DNA of 64,000 nucleotides from Leucoraja ocellata (lineage: Eukaryota): the NCBI GenBank assembly GCA_036785375.1, contig JAWMAR010000331.1, positions 1,550,001 to 1,614,000 on the forward strand, in the 5' to 3' direction. Below are positions 59,636 to 64,000 of the stretch, one piece after another. Position numbers and translations under genes: made by a program. Position 1 is the first letter of the stretch; each line of letters begins with the position of its first letter. A model generated the notes under the pieces. It was not told where the DNA came from. It was given only the letters and a program-made list of their open reading frames with translations, and searched no databases.

Positions 59636-62600
59636 CTGCTGTCCCCATAGAAAGTAAAATAACATAAATTAGACAAACAAGAATAATTTTATAAATATAA
59701 TCTGACTACTGTTTACGCACTCTTTCTGATCTCCTTAGGGGGAGTGTCAGGTCGTAGTTCTAAAGGAGAGTCAAGTTCAGGATCATTTACCTTTGTCTCG
59801 ACTTTCTTTGGAGATTCTGATTTTACATCTGAACTTGGAATAATACCAAAACTCCACAAGAATCCTCTGAAAATGTCTAGTAGGCCAAGACCATGTTTGC
59901 AAAGGTGTTTGGGCAGGCCTACTTCTGCAACTGACAGGTGCTACATTTGCTGGCCATTGCTTTATCTCATTATCCAACCCTGGCCAAAACATGAACCTCT
60001 GGCTGTAGACTTAATTCCCCCAGTATCCTCAAAGGTTTTAATGGTCTTTTATTGTCACATGTCCCACGGTCACGTGTACCTGTGTGTTCACAATGGAGTT
60101 ATTTAAGTAATCTGTGTGTTAAACAATTGGGTATTATTACCCTGTGACCCCATTTAATACACTCTTGCCCACATGACAGTTCATGTCCTCTATTGTGATA
60201 AGATTAGAGATAAGATTATTGTGTACTTGTTTGAGCACTGTGTCCTTTTGAGTTTCAGCAGGAATTTCAGCTGCTGTGACTGGAAAGACATTGTCCACTG
60301 CTTCTGTGATGTAGATAGCCCCTTCAGTGCCCACATCTCTTTCTTCGTGAGGCAAATGCGACAATGCATCACTAATAGCATTTTCATGTGAGCTGCGGTA
60401 TTCAATGCTGTAGTCATACTGTGACAGGAGAACTGCTCAGCGCTGCATCCTCGAGGCTGCTATTGTAGGTATTGCTGACTGAGGACCAAGAATAACGAGA
60501 AGTGGCTTATGATCAGTAACCAGGGTGAATTTCCGACCCGACAGATAGTTTGGAATTTCTTGATCCTTGAGATGATGCCAAGGGCTTCTTTCTCGATTTG
60601 TGTGTAATTACGCTCACTCTTGGTAAGTGTGCGTGATGCAAAAACAATAGGCTTTTCTTGTCCATGTTCCATTACATTTGAAATCACAGCTCCTACCCCA
60701 CAGCTAGATGCAGCACAAGCTAACTTTAACTCGCGATTTGTATCATAGTAAACAAGTAATGCATCACTGGTCCAGCTTTTCTTACATACATCATAAGCAT
60801 TTTGTAGTTTTTTGTACCATTCACATTTTTTATCCTGGTTCAACAACTTGTGAAGATAGCTAGCTTTGTTGCTAACTCGGTAAGAAGCGTGAGTAATACT
60901 GTACCATACCCAGTAAGGAGCGCAATTGAGACGCATTCTGTGGTTTTGGTGCGTTTGCTATAGCTTCAATCTTTTCCTTCACTGGTTGTAGTCCATGTTG
61001 ATCCACTTTCAATCCAAGATGGACTACTTCGGTCTGTAAGAATGCAGATTTGTTCTTTTCAACTTTATATTGTGATCATCAAGCCGTTTCAACACTACAC
61101 TGAGTATCTCCAGATTCTCCTCAGTAAGTCGCAATCAGCAAGTCATCTTGATTGCTCAAACAACATAATGTTCCTTGCAGAATCTTGTCCATTGTAGCGG
61201 ATGATTTTTGGTGCTGATTTCACACCATAGGGTAGTTTTGTGTAGGTACGCAGCCCCAAGTGTGTGTTTATCGTTAGGTACTGCTGGCTCTTACGATCAA
61301 CATTTGGCTGAGCATATGCATGTGACAGATCTACGTTAGAGAATACCTTGGAACCAGCAAGTTCAGCGTATAAATCTTGTGAGGTTGGTAGTGGATACTG
61401 GTTGATAGTCACTTTGTAGTCTCCACACAATCTTACTGTGCTGTCTGCTTTCTGAACCACCACTATTGGAGTAGCCCAATCACTGCGATCTGTTTTAACC
61501 AGTACACCGTTTTGTTCCAACATTTTGATTTCAGCTTTACGTAAAAGCTTTACTTATCAGCAAATATGGCACTGGCCACGGTCTACAGTAGACATGTTCC
61601 ACAACGGGTCGAATCCTGATGTGTGCTTGCTCACCCTTTATGCAGCAACTGATTCAGTTGTGCTTGCGCTTTGACTTGGAATACAGATTTCCAGCACAGT
61701 TTTGGTAAGCTGAGCCAATTTTTGCCCATCAACGTTGGCCCATTGACATAACTCGCAACAACTATTGGCAACTTCAAAGTCTTGCCTTTGTGTTGTACAT
61801 CACAAACTATCTCTCCATTTGTCTCGAATACTTCTCCAGAGTACATTTTTAGCTGAACATTTCTGTGATAGGCATATTGCTAAATTTGGATTCTGTATTC
61901 ATAGGTGTCTTTGCTTAAAATTGTGCTATCAACAGTGGTATCAATACACATAGTAATGTATCGATTGTTCACTTTGACCCTTGTCTGAAAGTCTTCCTTT
62001 CCAGACCCACCGTTTGTAGTATAGATGCCGTACAGTCCAAGTTCATCACTCTCTGACTGTTCTTCAAAGTTTATGAATCTCACGCATTTGGTTTTGTCGA
62101 GCCTTTTGTTTTGCTTTGTCCTGTGATGGTGTGCTGCATGCTGATGCAATATGGTCTTTCTTTTGATGGTTATAGCACGTAGAGTCCTTGAACTGACATT
62201 TATTTACTTTGTGGTGACCTTGCATCGATAGCACATATCTGTGCTTTTCCCGGAACTTTGCTGTGAAGGCCTTTTCCCTGTCTTGTCATGCGTGTGTCTT
62301 GGAACTGCCTTTTGACTGTTGACTGTGCCAGCAAGTGATGTAAAAGTGACTGTGCCAAAAGTACATGGCATCTTCAAGCAGTTTTGCATGCCAAATCAAA
62401 GGTAGGAGCTTGTGTGTTCAGTAATTTTGATTGGATTCGCTCATCCAGCATCCCACATACAAATCTATCATACAAAGCTCGATCTAGAAATGTTGCAAAA
62501 TTGCAGTGTAGAGCCAACTTCCTCAATGAGACAATGGACTCACTCACAGACTCACCAGTTTACTTGTTTGAAATTTGTAACTTTCTGCAATCTCTACGGG

Positions 62601-63010
62601 CTTACGGTTGAAGCGAGCATCAAATTTGGAAAGAACAGTCTCAAATGAAACAGTCCTTACTTTCTCTGGGGCTAGGATGTTGGTAAGAGTTTCATAAACT
62701 TTAGGACCAATTTCAGTTAATGGAATGGATTTCTTTCGTTCTTGGATGGCCTTCTTTTGTGCTCTTACATCCTCTGTTTTTTCAGCTTCAACAATGTAAT
62801 TTGCATTGAAAAACATTTCCATTCGCTCACAGTACGAGGTAAAGGTTTCACAGTTCTTGTCGAAAGTTCCTAGTCGGCCAATGTATATCAAGGTCGCCAT
62901 CTTGCCCCGTAGACACAATTCAAAGATAGCTTGACAAACTTTAGACAATTTGTACTATTGTATTGCACAGTATTTAATGGTTGAGTTCACTAACTCTATC
63001 CGATCCTCAT

Positions 63011-63224
63011 TGTAAGATATTACAGCTTCAGCATGTAGATAGAAACAAGCAAAGGTTTTCAGTACACGCTGTGGCCAATGTGGGTCTTCCTTATTTTACA
63101 AAAGTACACTGCACATACTCGCACATACTCACGAGACTGATAAGATGTTGAATATATCACATGACACATCATACCATTCTAGTACTCGGTTCTTAAAGTT
63201 ACAGTTACCATTATATACACTACA
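63011..63224 (-). repeat. 5' LTR
   Basis: Direct repeat of 59418-59635, upstream of gag. Confidence 0.92.
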
Positions 63225-63721
63225 AATCCATAAGCCCACACATCTTTGGGATGTGGGAGGAAACCAGAACACCCGGTGGAAACCCCCACACTCACAGGGA
63301 GAATGTTCAAACTCTACACAGACAGCACCTCAGGTGAACACCCGAACCTGGGTGTCCAGCGTTGTAATAATAACAGTTGCACCACGGGTGAACAAAACAA
63401 TAATTTCAATATGAGGAAAATGTAATGAGATGGGTGTTAATAAAATAAAGTTGAGACTGGGATATCAACCATCGGAATGACAGAATAAATTTTGAACGTA
63501 GCAAAATGATGCAGCGAGGGAAAGACAATTGCTCGGAAATGAATGATGTATCATTAAAAGAATCGGCTTGATGAATGCTTCTATTGTTTTGTTTGGTGGA
63601 ACTCTGTTAAATGGAGGGGGAAAAAATGTGCCTGTTTCTGACATCTGCTGTGACATTATGTAGGTGCTTTCAACAAAGGTATTTAAGATATAAAAACACA
63701 ACCAGGTAAATAATATAGTAT

Positions 63722-63852
63722 GTTCAAGAAGGAACTGCAGATGCTGGAAGATCGAAGGTACATAAAATTGATGGAGAAACTCAGCGGGTGCAGCAGCATC
63801 TATAGAGCGAAGAAAATAGGCGACGTTTCGGGCCGAAACCCTTCTTCAGACT
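63722..63852 (-). mobile_element. Penelope pLTR with hammerhead motif
   Basis: Minus strand CTGAAGA-AGGGTTTCGGCCC-GAAACGTC; flanking duplication AATAATATAGTAT. Confidence 0.82.
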
Positions 63853-64000
63853 AATAATATAGTATAACTGGACATTTTATTTAATGTTAATGTAATACAG
63901 AAAATTCATCATTTTGATGCACTGATCAAAACAGTTCCAAAACTGAATAGTAACTAGGATTTTATTTTAAAAACATGTTCATCATTAAATGCAATAAATA

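Larger units (their letters stand above)
59418..63224 (-). mobile_element. Gypsy LTR retrotransposon, two LTRs, decayed interior, inserted in a SINE
   Basis: LTRs 59418-59635 and 63011-63224 (TGT...ACA); gag (IGRLGTFD, RDRALYDRFVCG, zinc-knuckle-like CYRC), protease (MCIDTTVD), RT (WATPIVVV, RLCGDYK, LPYGVKSAP), RNase H (LACAASSCGVGAV, YTQIEKEALGI), integrase remnants. Confidence 0.93.

Noticed and set aside
1-64000. CRISPR array, tRNA or rRNA genes
   Set aside because: No regularly spaced repeat-spacer array; tRNA-like sequences are SINE heads; no rRNA similarity seen.

Overview
Repeat-dominated vertebrate genomic DNA. The repeat set (CR1, HE1/V-SINE-like SINEs, Penelope pLTRs, Rex1/Babar) suggests a cartilaginous fish such as a skate or ray; this is inferred, not shown. 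The only host coding sequence I can support is GC-rich exon 1 of an anosmin-1 (ANOS1/KAL1-family) gene at 36221-36415 (+). I could not find exon 2, so the rest of the window appears to be intron 1. Mobile DNA includes a near-intact DIRS1-like tyrosine-recombinase retrotransposon (DIRS-A, 8749-13554, -) and an internally deleted DIRS with perfect termini (DIRS-B, 42156-46911, -). There are also Gypsy elements, a solo LTR, CR1 and Rex1 LINEs, Penelope elements with many hammerhead-ribozyme pLTRs, and hAT- and Harbinger-type MITEs. Two observations stand out. (1) DIRS-A carries a coherent set of splice signals that would make gag and nearly all of pol two successive retained introns, giving three mRNAs whose first AUG makes Gag, Pol or the recombinase; most signals recur in DIRS-B. 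(2) DIRS-B carries a sense copy of the 5' half of U2 snRNA plus a partial second copy, just downstream of a splice-donor-like motif. No alignments or database searches were run; boundaries of decayed repeats are approximate.
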